Assembly: GCA_964471115.1 (NCBI GenBank)
Contig: CAYYFE010000002.1
Location: 136,388-200,387 of the forward strand
Source: an uncultured Solibacteraceae bacterium
GTDB taxonomy: Bacteria > Acidobacteriota > Vicinamibacteria > Vicinamibacterales > SCN-69-37
Direction: 5' to 3'
Length of the DNA stretch: 64,000 bases
How positions within the stretch are numbered: the first letter of the stretch is position 1; every line of letters begins with the position of its first letter. Both the position numbers and the translations under genes were made by a program. The notes beneath the pieces were generated by a model, which was not told where the DNA came from, made no database searches, and saw only the letters and a program-made list of their open reading frames with translations. This document shows, one piece after another, positions 18,019 to 25,574 of the stretch.

Positions 18019-18074
18019 ACACATCTCCCCTGAGCGAAGGCGCATGGGCCTTCGGAAACCAGAACCTGCGACGA

Positions 18075-18110
18075 ATGGATCGATGGATCGATGGATCGAT
18101 GGATCGATCC
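18075..18110. repeat. Tandem octamer (ATGGATCG) x4, in the 5' region of the TonB receptor gene
   Basis: The sequence aatggatcgatggatcgatggatcgatggatcgatcc lies between 18122 (stop of the upstream gene) and 18018 (receptor start). Each unit contains GATC and ATCGAT. Confidence 0.9.
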
Positions 18111-18121
18111 ACCGAGAGTCG

Positions 18122-18589
18122 TCAGGCGATCGGCGGTGGTCGGGGGAGGAAACGGACGCCCGTGTCGGGAACGACGACGGGGAGGACGGTCGCGGTGACG
18201 ACCGCGACGCGCGAGAACGTGGGCCGGCGGCGCAGGCGCGCCGCCAGAAGGAACCCGAGGCCCGTCAGGCCCACGAGGGTCAGCGTCTGCGTGAGCGTGA
18301 CGATGACCTCGGGGACTGCCGGGGTGCTCGGCGATTCGAGCCGGTTGGCGAGGGCCGGACCGTGCAGCAGCGCGGCCAGCACCCACAGGGCGATGGCCTT
18401 GCGGCTGAAGAGCAGTGATTCACCCTGGCGCCGCAGCAGGACCAGGCCGCCAATCAATCCGGCCGCGACGAGCCAGCGGAAGACCAGGCCTGGATCCGCG
18501 ATCGCGCCGCTCCACACCTGTCCGGCAAACAGCCAGACGTGGAATGCCGTCAGTACGGCTCCCGCAAGTGTGAGCGAGCGGCGAATCAC
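18122..18589 (-). CDS. Hypothetical membrane protein
   Basis: 155 aa with 4 predicted hydrophobic helices (LTLAGAVLTAFHVWLFAG..., WLVAAGLIGGLVLL...). I recognise no family. Confidence 0.5.
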   Translation of the reverse strand: MIRRSLTLAGAVLTAFHVWLFAGQVWSGAIADPGLVFRWLVAAGLIGGLVLLRRQGESLLFSRKAIALWVLAALLHGPALANRLESPSTPAVPEVIVTLTQTLTLVGLTGLGFLLAARLRRRPTFSRVAVVTATVLPVVVPDTGVRFLPRPPPIA

Positions 18590-18676
18590 GGTCCCAGTCT
18601 ATTGCACGAACCGTGCCTCGATCGAATCGAGCGATTTCGCCCCGAATTTGCTGGGGGAATCAGAAGGGTGGGGAAA

Positions 18677-18755
18677 AGTGCGCAGTGCGCAGTGCGGAGC
18701 TTGCCCGCCGGAGCCTTGGCGGAGGTGGGTGCGGAGTGCGGAGTGCGGAGTGCGG
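18677..18755 (+). repeat. AGTGCGG heptamer array flanking a REP-like hairpin module
   Basis: Three heptamers are followed by AGCTTGCCCGCCGGAGCCTTGGCGGAGGTGGGTGCGG and then three more heptamers. The element is intergenic between divergent genes. Confidence 0.9.
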
Positions 18756-18806
18756 AGAGGCTGCCGTGATCGCCGCGAGGCGGCCGCCAACGGGTAGAGT
18801 CTCGGC

Positions 18807-19259
18807 ATGTCGACGCTCTTCGACGTCACGACGCATCGCGAGATCCAACGGCGCCTCGACGGCCTGCGGCCAGATGCCCCGCGACAGTGGGGCACGATGA
18901 CGCCGGCGCAAATGATGGAGCATACGGCCCGCGCGCTCGAGATGGCGATGGGGCGGCGCGGTACGGGGCGGCAACTTTTGCTCGGGAAGCTCCTCAGCCC
19001 GTTCTTCTTCAAGAAGTTCGTCGGGCCTGCGCCGTTTCCGAAGGACGCGCCGACCGGGACCGAGTTCAAGATCACCGAGGAGCCGGACTTTGCCGCGACG
19101 AGGCGTCGGCTGGCCGGGCTGCTCCAGGAGTTTCACGAGCAGGGGCCCGACGCGTGCGACGGCCACGTCCACGGGTTTTTCGGCGCCCTGTCCGGCGCCC
19201 AGTGGGGCGTCACCCAGTTCAAACACGTCGATCACCACTTGCGTCAGTTCGGCCAGTGA
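18807..19259 (+). CDS. DinB-superfamily/DUF1569-like protein
   Basis: 150 aa: ...WGTMTPAQMMEHTARALEMAMG...HVHGFFGALSGAQWGVTQFKHVDHHLRQFG. The length and His pattern match my recollection of DUF1569/DinB-like proteins. Confidence 0.65.
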   Translation: MSTLFDVTTHREIQRRLDGLRPDAPRQWGTMTPAQMMEHTARALEMAMGRRGTGRQLLLGKLLSPFFFKKFVGPAPFPKDAPTGTEFKITEEPDFAATRRRLAGLLQEFHEQGPDACDGHVHGFFGALSGAQWGVTQFKHVDHHLRQFGQ

Positions 19260-19282
19260 GAACCCTGTTCGTGTCACAGGTG

Positions 19283-19312
19283 TTGACATGAAATACGCTT
19301 TGGTGTCATAAC
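19283..19312 (+). promoter_or_regulatory. Sigma70-like promoter TTGACA-N18-CATAAC with overlapping TGTCA/TGACA inverted repeat
   Basis: TTGACA lies at 19283-19288 and CATAAC at 19307-19312, only 8 nt before the GTG start at 19320. The element GTGTCACAGGTGTTGACA plus a second GTGTCA (19303-19308) could be TetR operator half-sites. Confidence 0.35.
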
Positions 19313-19319
19313 CCATGGC

Positions 19320-19925
19320 GTGAAACGCGCCTATCAGTCACCCCTGCGCGCGCAGGCCAAGCTCGAGACGAAGGACCGCATTCTCGACGCCATGGTCGAC
19401 ATCGTCACGCGCGAAGGCGTCCATGCGTTCAGCGTACCGAGTGTGGCGGCCGCGGCCGGCGTCGCGCATCGCACCGTGTACCGGCACTTCGCCACGCGCG
19501 AAGCGCTGCTCGACGGCCTCGACGACCTGCTGGAACGGCGCGCCGCCGCGGCGGGCATCGAGCTGCCCGATCTGTCGACGATCGAAGACCTGCCCGCCCG
19601 AGTCGCCGCGGTCTTTCGATCGTGCGATCGTTTTCGCGACGCGATGCGCGCGTACGTCGTCATTTCGGTGGCGCTGGGGCGCCGGGTGCCCAGTTTCGAT
19701 CGCCGGACGCGCATGTTCGCCGATGCACTGGCGCGCAGTTTTCCCGGACTCGGCCGCAAGGAGGCCAGGGCGACCGCCGCCGTGCTGCGCCTGCTGGTCA
19801 GCACGCGCGCCTGGTTCCACCTCACCACCGATCACGACATGACCACCGACGAGGCGGCGCGTGTCGTCGAGTGGGCCACCCAGACGCTGCTGGCCGACGT
19901 GGCCCGCCGATCGAGAAAACGATGA
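19320..19925 (+). CDS. TetR/AcrR-family transcriptional regulator
   Basis: 201 aa with the N-terminal HTH FSVPSVAAAAGVAHRTVYRHFATREALL. The start is GTG. Confidence 0.85.
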   Translation: MKRAYQSPLRAQAKLETKDRILDAMVDIVTREGVHAFSVPSVAAAAGVAHRTVYRHFATREALLDGLDDLLERRAAAAGIELPDLSTIEDLPARVAAVFRSCDRFRDAMRAYVVISVALGRRVPSFDRRTRMFADALARSFPGLGRKEARATAAVLRLLVSTRAWFHLTTDHDMTTDEAARVVEWATQTLLADVARRSRKR

Positions 19926-22258
19926 ACGCACCGACCCCCCTCGCCGACGCTCTTGATCCCTCCCGTTTCGGTCACAAGGCCGCGCACCTGGCCACCCTGC
20001 TGCGGGCCGGCTTCGATGTGCCCGACGGCGTAGTGGTCGGAGTGGACGATGTGCCCGAGTCCGCGGGGCTGGCCGGCGCCACGGGCGCTCTGGGAGAGGG
20101 GCCGTTCGCCGTACGGTCCTCGTCGGTGGCCGAAGACCTGCCGGACGCGTCGTTTGCCGGACAGTACGTGTCGGTGCTGGAGGTCCAAGGCGCGGCGGCC
20201 GTGCTCGAGGCGGTCGCGCAGGTGCGTCAATCCGCGTCGTCGCTGCGGGCACGCACGTACGCCGGACACCAGACCGCCGGCATGGCCGTCCTGATTCAGC
20301 CCATGGTGTTCGGTGAGGCCTCCGGAGTCGCGTTTTCGGCGAACCCGGTGACCGGCGATCGCGGCGAGGTCGTGATCACCGCGACGCGGGGCCTCGGTGA
20401 GGCGCTGGTCTCAGGCGAGGTCATGGGCGACGAATGGATCGTCGTGGGTGACGCTGCACGCCCGGTCGCCGAAACCCAGCGCGCGATCGATGCGGCCGCC
20501 GTTGTGCGGGTGGCCGCGCTCGCGCGGCGAGTGGAAACACACCTCGGGTGTCCAGCCGACATCGAGTGGACTCTGGCCGGCGATCGGTTGGTGTTGCTGC
20601 AGGCCAGACCAATCACCGTGTTACCCGTCCGCCCGGCGATCACCGCGCCAGCCGGCACCTGGCAGAAGGACACCACCCATTACCCGGAACCGACCACACC
20701 GTTTGGCGCCAGCACGTACCTGGTCTACAGCACGCCGGCGTTCGAGTCGCTGATTGCCCGGTGGGGGATGTTGCCGGACGGTGTGGAGGCCCGGGTGATC
20801 GGCCACGAGATCTACATGCGTGTCCTGCCCGATGACGGGGGCAAGACGCCGCCGCCGTGGTGGGTGCTCGGGGCGGTCGCGCGCCTGGTGCCGGCGTTGC
20901 GCCGGAAGCTGAGGCAGTCGCAACAGGTGATTGAGGCCGGATGGCTCGAGTCGATTCCCGCCTCATGGGAGTCGGTCGAACGTCCGCGGATTCTCGCCGA
21001 GGTGGAACGCTTCTCCTCCGTCGACCTGACGGCGCTTGATGACCTGGCACTCGCGTCGCATCTCGATCGCGTGATGGCGTTCGGCACCGAGGCGATGGCG
21101 CTCCATTTTCGGCTGACTGTGCCGTACATCGTGGGGGTGTACGAGTTTGTGACGGCCTGCGCCGACTTGCTCGGACTGGATCTGCCAGGCGCGATGCGGA
21201 TGCTGCAGGGGCTGTCGGTGGCCTCGGCGGCGCCCACACGAGAGTTGGCGGAGGTCGCGGCCCTGGTGCGTGCCCGGCCGGTGGCGCAGGCGGCGCTCGG
21301 TACGCCGGACGTGCTCGAGCGGCTGGGCGATGACCCGGTCGTGGGGCCGCCGCTGCGCGCGTGGCTGCAGCGCTGGGGGCTGCGGACGATTGGGTACGAC
21401 CCTGGACAGCCCAGCTTCGCCGAGCGTCCGTCGCTCGTCGTCGCGCTTCTGGCCGAGCTGGTCGACGGGCACCGGCAACTCGATCTGGAGGCCGGCCGGG
21501 CGAAGGCCGTGGCCGATGCGCGCAGCCGGCTGTCGGGCGCCGCACTCGAGCGGTTCAACCGGACGCTGGCCGTGGCCGAGGTCGTCTATCCCCTGCGCGA
21601 GGACAACGTCTTTTATACGGACAACCTGCCGGCAGGTCTTGTCCGGCTGGTCGGCCTCGAGATGGGGCGTCGCCTGGTGGCGAGGGGACGGCTGACGCGC
21701 GCCACTGACATGGCGATGCTCACGGTGGACGAAATGCGGTCGGAGGCCGACCTGAAGGCGCTGGTGGTGCAGCGGCGCGCGGAGATCGCCTGGGTGCGCG
21801 CGCATCCGGGGCCACCCTTCTACGGACCCAAGCCCGGCCCGGCCCCCGACCTGCGGGGACTTCCCGAGCCCTCGCGCCGGCTCAACGCCGCACTCATCTG
21901 GGCCATGGAGGAGGAGATCACGCCTGCCGCGCCCGCCGAGGGTGACGCGTTGGCCGGATTGGCCGCCTCACCCGGTGTGGTCACCGGACGCGTCCGCGTC
22001 ATTCGCTCCGCCAATGCCATTGAAGACCTGCGGCCCGGTGAAATCCTCGTCTGTCCGATCACGACGCCGGCCTGGACCCTGGTGTTCTCGCGAGCAGCGG
22101 GCCTTGTCACCGACGGTGGCAGCGTGTTGTCGCACGCCGCGATCGTCGCGCGTGAACATGGTCTGCCGGCCGTGGTCGCCACCGGCAATGCCACTCGCCG
22201 CCTTCGTGACGGTCAGGTGGTCACCGTCGACGGCACGAGGGGGATTGTGATCGAGTAG
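19922..22258 (+). CDS. PEP-utilising phosphotransferase, rifampicin-phosphotransferase-like architecture
   Basis: The start at ATG 19922 overlaps the tetR stop. An N-terminal ATP-grasp/PPDK_N-like region is present (FAVRSSSVAEDLPDASFAGQY). The C-terminus carries a swivel His domain (GEILVCPITTPAWTLVFSRAAGLVTDGGSVLSHAAIVAREHGLPAVV). The track start at 19622 is an over-extension. Confidence 0.8.
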   Translation: MNAPTPLADALDPSRFGHKAAHLATLLRAGFDVPDGVVVGVDDVPESAGLAGATGALGEGPFAVRSSSVAEDLPDASFAGQYVSVLEVQGAAAVLEAVAQVRQSASSLRARTYAGHQTAGMAVLIQPMVFGEASGVAFSANPVTGDRGEVVITATRGLGEALVSGEVMGDEWIVVGDAARPVAETQRAIDAAAVVRVAALARRVETHLGCPADIEWTLAGDRLVLLQARPITVLPVRPAITAPAGTWQKDTTHYPEPTTPFGASTYLVYSTPAFESLIARWGMLPDGVEARVIGHEIYMRVLPDDGGKTPPPWWVLGAVARLVPALRRKLRQSQQVIEAGWLESIPASWESVERPRILAEVERFSSVDLTALDDLALASHLDRVMAFGTEAMALHFRLTVPYIVGVYEFVTACADLLGLDLPGAMRMLQGLSVASAAPTRELAEVAALVRARPVAQAALGTPDVLERLGDDPVVGPPLRAWLQRWGLRTIGYDPGQPSFAERPSLVVALLAELVDGHRQLDLEAGRAKAVADARSRLSGAALERFNRTLAVAEVVYPLREDNVFYTDNLPAGLVRLVGLEMGRRLVARGRLTRATDMAMLTVDEMRSEADLKALVVQRRAEIAWVRAHPGPPFYGPKPGPAPDLRGLPEPSRRLNAALIWAMEEEITPAAPAEGDALAGLAASPGVVTGRVRVIRSANAIEDLRPGEILVCPITTPAWTLVFSRAAGLVTDGGSVLSHAAIVAREHGLPAVVATGNATRRLRDGQVVTVDGTRGIVIE

Positions 22259-22434
22259 TGCGGAGTGCGCAGTGCGGAGTGCGTAGTGCGGAGTGCGCAG
22301 TGCGGAGTGCGCAATGCTGAGTGCGGAGCTTGCCCGCCGGAGCCTTGGCGGAGGCGGGTGCGGAGCTTGCCCGCCGGAGCCGTGGCGGAGGCGGGTGCGG
22401 AGCCTGGCCCGCCGGCTACCGGGCGGCCGGTAGC
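22257..22434 (+). repeat. Composite repeat: 10 heptamers (AGTGCGG/AGTGCGC alternating), 2 REP-like hairpin modules and a terminator-like hairpin
   Basis: The heptamers run 22257-22326, and the first overlaps the TAG stop of the upstream gene. The modules AGCTTGCCCGCCGGAGCC(T/G)TGGCGGAGGCGGGTGCGG run 22327-22400. The hairpin GCTACCGG-GCGG-CCGGTAGC (22415-22434) spans the desaturase stop. Confidence 0.9.
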
Positions 22435-23564
22435 GGCACCGTCGCCTGCCGGGGCTGCGCACCGAGCGACTTGATGAACCGGTAGTGTGACCGGATCGCG
22501 GCGCCAAACGTCGGATGCTCGAAGTACTCCACGCCGTGTTCGTCGCACACGTCCTTGATGATGCGCGAGATGGCCGGGTAGTGGATGTGGTTGATGCGCG
22601 GGAAGAGGTGATGCTCGCGCTGGTAGTTCAGTCCGCCAAGGATGAACGTGAGGAAGCGATTCCCCGGCGCGAAGTTGGACGTCGTCCGAATCTGGTGGAC
22701 GGTCCATTCCTGATGCGGACTGTCGGCCACGCTCGGGTGGTCGACGTTGTCCACGGCGTGCGCCGACTGGAACACGAGTCCTGAGAACAGGCCGATCAGG
22801 CCCACCACGTAGAGGTAGCCGGCCAGCACCTGTCCCACCGAGTGCATCTGCAGCGGGACGATGAAGGCGAAGGTGAAGAAGAAGGCTTTGCCGCCCAGGA
22901 GCGCGACCAGGTGCCATCCGCGCGGATACGGCGCCGAGAGGCCGTCGGCCTTGCCGAACCACAGCCGCTGGAAGTCGCTGTAGAGGTAGCGGTAGTGGAT
23001 GGCGCAGTAGAGCGCCCAGAGATAGAGATGCTGGTAGCGGTGGAACGGCCGCCACTCGTGATCCTCGCTGAAGCGCACGAGGATGCCGGCCTGCAGGTCG
23101 GCGTCTTCCGTGGAGATGTTCGTGTAGACGTGGTGATTGTGATTGTGTTTGTCGGCCCAGAAATACGACGAGGCGCCGACCAGATCGAGCGTCAGGCCGA
23201 GGGCCTTGTTGATGGCCGGCACGCGCGAGAACCCGCCATGGTTGGCGTCGTGCTGCACGTTGAATCCGACGGCGGCGATCGAGCAGGCCAGCAGGAATCC
23301 GGCCAGCACGCCTTCCGTGAACGAACCGGCCCAGAACACGAGCCACGTGTAGGTGAGGCCGGTGAGGCCGATGGCCAAGGCGGCCTTGAGGTACATCACC
23401 GGGCAGTCGCGCGTCTGGCGTCCAGCGAGGTAGGCGCGCACGCGCTGGTCAATGGCAAGTTTGATGGAAGGGGGAGCGAACTCGGTCGTCGACGCCAACA
23501 GGACTCCTTCTGCGGGTCCTCGACCGAGGGGTCGACACATCCGATGCTGCGCCAAGGGTATCAC
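22416..23564 (-). CDS. Membrane fatty-acid desaturase
   Basis: Three His boxes are present: HDANHG, HNHNHHVYTN and QREHHLFP. TM helices are also present. The exact start is uncertain. Confidence 0.85.
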   Translation of the reverse strand: MIPLAQHRMCRPLGRGPAEGVLLASTTEFAPPSIKLAIDQRVRAYLAGRQTRDCPVMYLKAALAIGLTGLTYTWLVFWAGSFTEGVLAGFLLACSIAAVGFNVQHDANHGGFSRVPAINKALGLTLDLVGASSYFWADKHNHNHHVYTNISTEDADLQAGILVRFSEDHEWRPFHRYQHLYLWALYCAIHYRYLYSDFQRLWFGKADGLSAPYPRGWHLVALLGGKAFFFTFAFIVPLQMHSVGQVLAGYLYVVGLIGLFSGLVFQSAHAVDNVDHPSVADSPHQEWTVHQIRTTSNFAPGNRFLTFILGGLNYQREHHLFPRINHIHYPAISRIIKDVCDEHGVEYFEHPTFGAAIRSHYRFIKSLGAQPRQATVPLPAAR

Positions 23565-23565
23565 G

Positions 23566-23985
23566 TCAGAGGCGGGGGCCCAGCCGGATGTAGTTCACCT
23601 GCGCGACGGCCACCTGGGTACCCTGGGCGTCCCACAGGTCAACCGCCACCGGGCACAACGTGCGACCCAACTTGATGACGCGAGCCTCAGCTGTCAGATC
23701 CGAGCGGCAAGGCGCCAGAAACCGGATGTTCATGTCGGTGGTGGTCATCCGTTCGTCAGGACCCGTGCGCGTCATGATGGCGAAACACGCAATGCTGTCG
23801 GCCACCGTCATCAGGATGCCGCCGTGAAATGACTCGAACACGCCGTCAAACCGCTGGTCGTACGGCACCGTGGCTCGGCACAAACCGTCGCCAAACGTAT
23901 CGATGCGGAAGCGCAACGTCCCGAAGATCGGAATCCGGCGGATGCGCTCCAGGAGCGCGGCATAGGGCGACAGGTCGGACGACAT
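23566..23985 (-). CDS. PaaI-family (hotdog-fold) thioesterase
   Basis: This 139-aa protein is the C-terminal part of track ORF 23566..25584: MSSDLSPYAALLERIRRIPIFGTLRFRID...ESFHGGILMTVADSIACFAI. It ends 1 nt before the desaturase start. The rest of the track ORF is antisense junk. Confidence 0.8.
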   Translation of the reverse strand: MSSDLSPYAALLERIRRIPIFGTLRFRIDTFGDGLCRATVPYDQRFDGVFESFHGGILMTVADSIACFAIMTRTGPDERMTTTDMNIRFLAPCRSDLTAEARVIKLGRTLCPVAVDLWDAQGTQVAVAQVNYIRLGPRL

Positions 23986-24017
23986 GGAGAGACGGTAACA
24001 CCAGACAGCAGGAGCGG

Positions 24018-24152
24018 AGTGCGGAGTGCGGAGTGCGGAGTGCGGAGTGCAGGGCGCAGCGCACAGGGCGCAGGGCACAGGGCAGAGGGGAAAAGTGCGT
24101 GGGGCGCTGCGCGGAGGGCGGACCTTGCCCGCCGGAGCCCTGGCGCAGGCGG
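24018..24152 (+). repeat. Heptamer array that changes unit (AGTGCGG to CAGGGCG-type), followed by a REP-like hairpin module
   Basis: AGTGCGG x3 is followed by agtgcag ggcgcag cgcacag ggcgcag ggcacag ggcagag, all in 7-nt phase. The module CCTTGCCCGCCGGAGCCCTGGCGCAGGCGGGTGCGG comes after. The element is intergenic between divergent genes. Confidence 0.85.
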
Positions 24153-24210
24153 GTGCGGGGCCGCGCGACCGGCCCGGGCCTGGCGGTACGGGCATTGCTT
24201 TTCGTACCGT

Positions 24211-25500
24211 ATGCCCCCAGCCTCTTCGTCCCATCGTCGTCGCCGCGAGATCGGCGCGCATCGGCTGCGCCCCGAGAGTCTGATGTTGAGTTACGGCTAC
24301 GAGCCGCGCCTGTCGGAGGGCGCGGTGAAGGTGCCCATCTTCCAGACGTCCACCTTCGTCTTCAACACCGCGGAGGAAGGCAAGGCGTTCTTCGAGCTGG
24401 CGTACGGGCTGCGGCAGCGCCGGCCCGGCGAGGAGCCGGGGCTCATCTATTCGCGGATCAACAACCCCGACCTGGAGGTCCTGGAAGACCGGCTGACGCT
24501 GTGGAACGACGCCGAAGCGGCGCTCGTGTTTGCGAGCGGCATGGCGGCGGTGGCGACGACGCTGCTCACGTTCCTGCGGCCGGGCGACACACTGATCACG
24601 AGCGCGCCCGTCTACGGCGGTACGGAGTTTCTCATCACGCAGATCCTGCCGCAGTTCGGGATCGAGCACGTCAGCTTTCCGGCCGCCGGGCCTCAACCGG
24701 ATCTGGCCGCGCTGGCCGCCACGGTTCCGGCCGGCCGTCGCGTGCCGGTCATCTATCTGGAGACGCCCGCCAATCCGACCAACGCGCTGGTGGACATCGC
24801 CGCCACGGCCGCCGACGCGCGACGGCTGGAGGAAACGCGCGGACTGCGCCCCCTGGTCATCGTCGACAACACGTTCCTGGGCCCGCTCTGGCAGAACGCG
24901 CTCGCGCACGGCGCCGACCTCGAGGTGTATTCGCTCACGAAGTACGTCGGCGGCCACAGCGATCTGATTGCGGGAGGTGTGCTCGGACGCGGCGAACTCG
25001 TGGACTCGGTCCGCGGCATGCGCACGATTCTCGGAACGATGGCCGGTCCGCATACCGCCTGGCTGCTGATGCGCAGCCTCGAGACGTTGAAGCTGCGGAT
25101 GACCAGCGCGATGAAAAACGCGCGCTACGTCGCCGAGTTCCTCCAGGATCACCCGAAGGTCCGATCGGTCAACTACCTCGGCTTCCTCGGCGAGGACGAT
25201 CCCGACGGCCAGGTGTTCCGTCGCCAGTGCACGTCTCCCGGATCGACCTTCGCGTTCGAGCTGTACGGCGGCGAGGCCGAGGCGTTCCGCCTGCTCAACG
25301 CGCTGCAGCTCTGCAAGCTCGCGGTCAGTCTGGGCGGCACTGAAACGCTGCTCGAACATCCCGCCACCATGACGCACTCGGACATTCCACCTGAGGAACA
25401 ACTGCGCATGGGCATCACGCCGGGCCTCATCCGGATCTCCGTGGGCATCGAGCATCCGGAAGATGTGATCGCCGATCTCCGTCAGGCGTTGGAGAGATGA
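24211..25500 (+). CDS. Cys/Met-metabolism PLP-dependent enzyme (cystathionine gamma-synthase / methionine gamma-lyase family)
   Basis: ...[35 protein letters not shown]...[13 protein letters not shown]... with the PLP lysine in [11 protein letters not shown]. The start is ATG 24211, with ATG 24283 as an alternative. The track start at 24019 lies inside the repeat array. Confidence 0.85.
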   Translation: MPPASSSHRRRREIGAHRLRPESLMLSYGYEPRLSEGAVKVPIFQTSTFVFNTAEEGKAFFELAYGLRQRRPGEEPGLIYSRINNPDLEVLEDRLTLWNDAEAALVFASGMAAVATTLLTFLRPGDTLITSAPVYGGTEFLITQILPQFGIEHVSFPAAGPQPDLAALAATVPAGRRVPVIYLETPANPTNALVDIAATAADARRLEETRGLRPLVIVDNTFLGPLWQNALAHGADLEVYSLTKYVGGHSDLIAGGVLGRGELVDSVRGMRTILGTMAGPHTAWLLMRSLETLKLRMTSAMKNARYVAEFLQDHPKVRSVNYLGFLGEDDPDGQVFRRQCTSPGSTFAFELYGGEAEAFRLLNALQLCKLAVSLGGTETLLEHPATMTHSDIPPEEQLRMGITPGLIRISVGIEHPEDVIADLRQALER

Positions 25501-25504
25501 ACCC

Positions 25505-25553
25505 AGCGCGGAGTGCGGAGTGCGAAGTGCGAAGTGCGGAGTGCGGAGTGCGT
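25505..25553 (+). repeat. AGTGCGG/AGTGCGA heptamer array (7 units)
   Basis: The units are agcgcgg agtgcgg agtgcga agtgcga agtgcgg agtgcgg agtgcgt. The array is intergenic between two plus-strand genes. Confidence 0.9.
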
Positions 25554-25574
25554 TGTCGGGTAACATCTCCGCCC

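Noticed and set aside
18019-18121. Cobalamin or other riboswitch in front of the TonB-dependent receptor
   Set aside because: The leader is only about 100 nt and is mostly the octamer repeat plus one small hairpin. That is too short, and it lacks a B12-box-like sequence.
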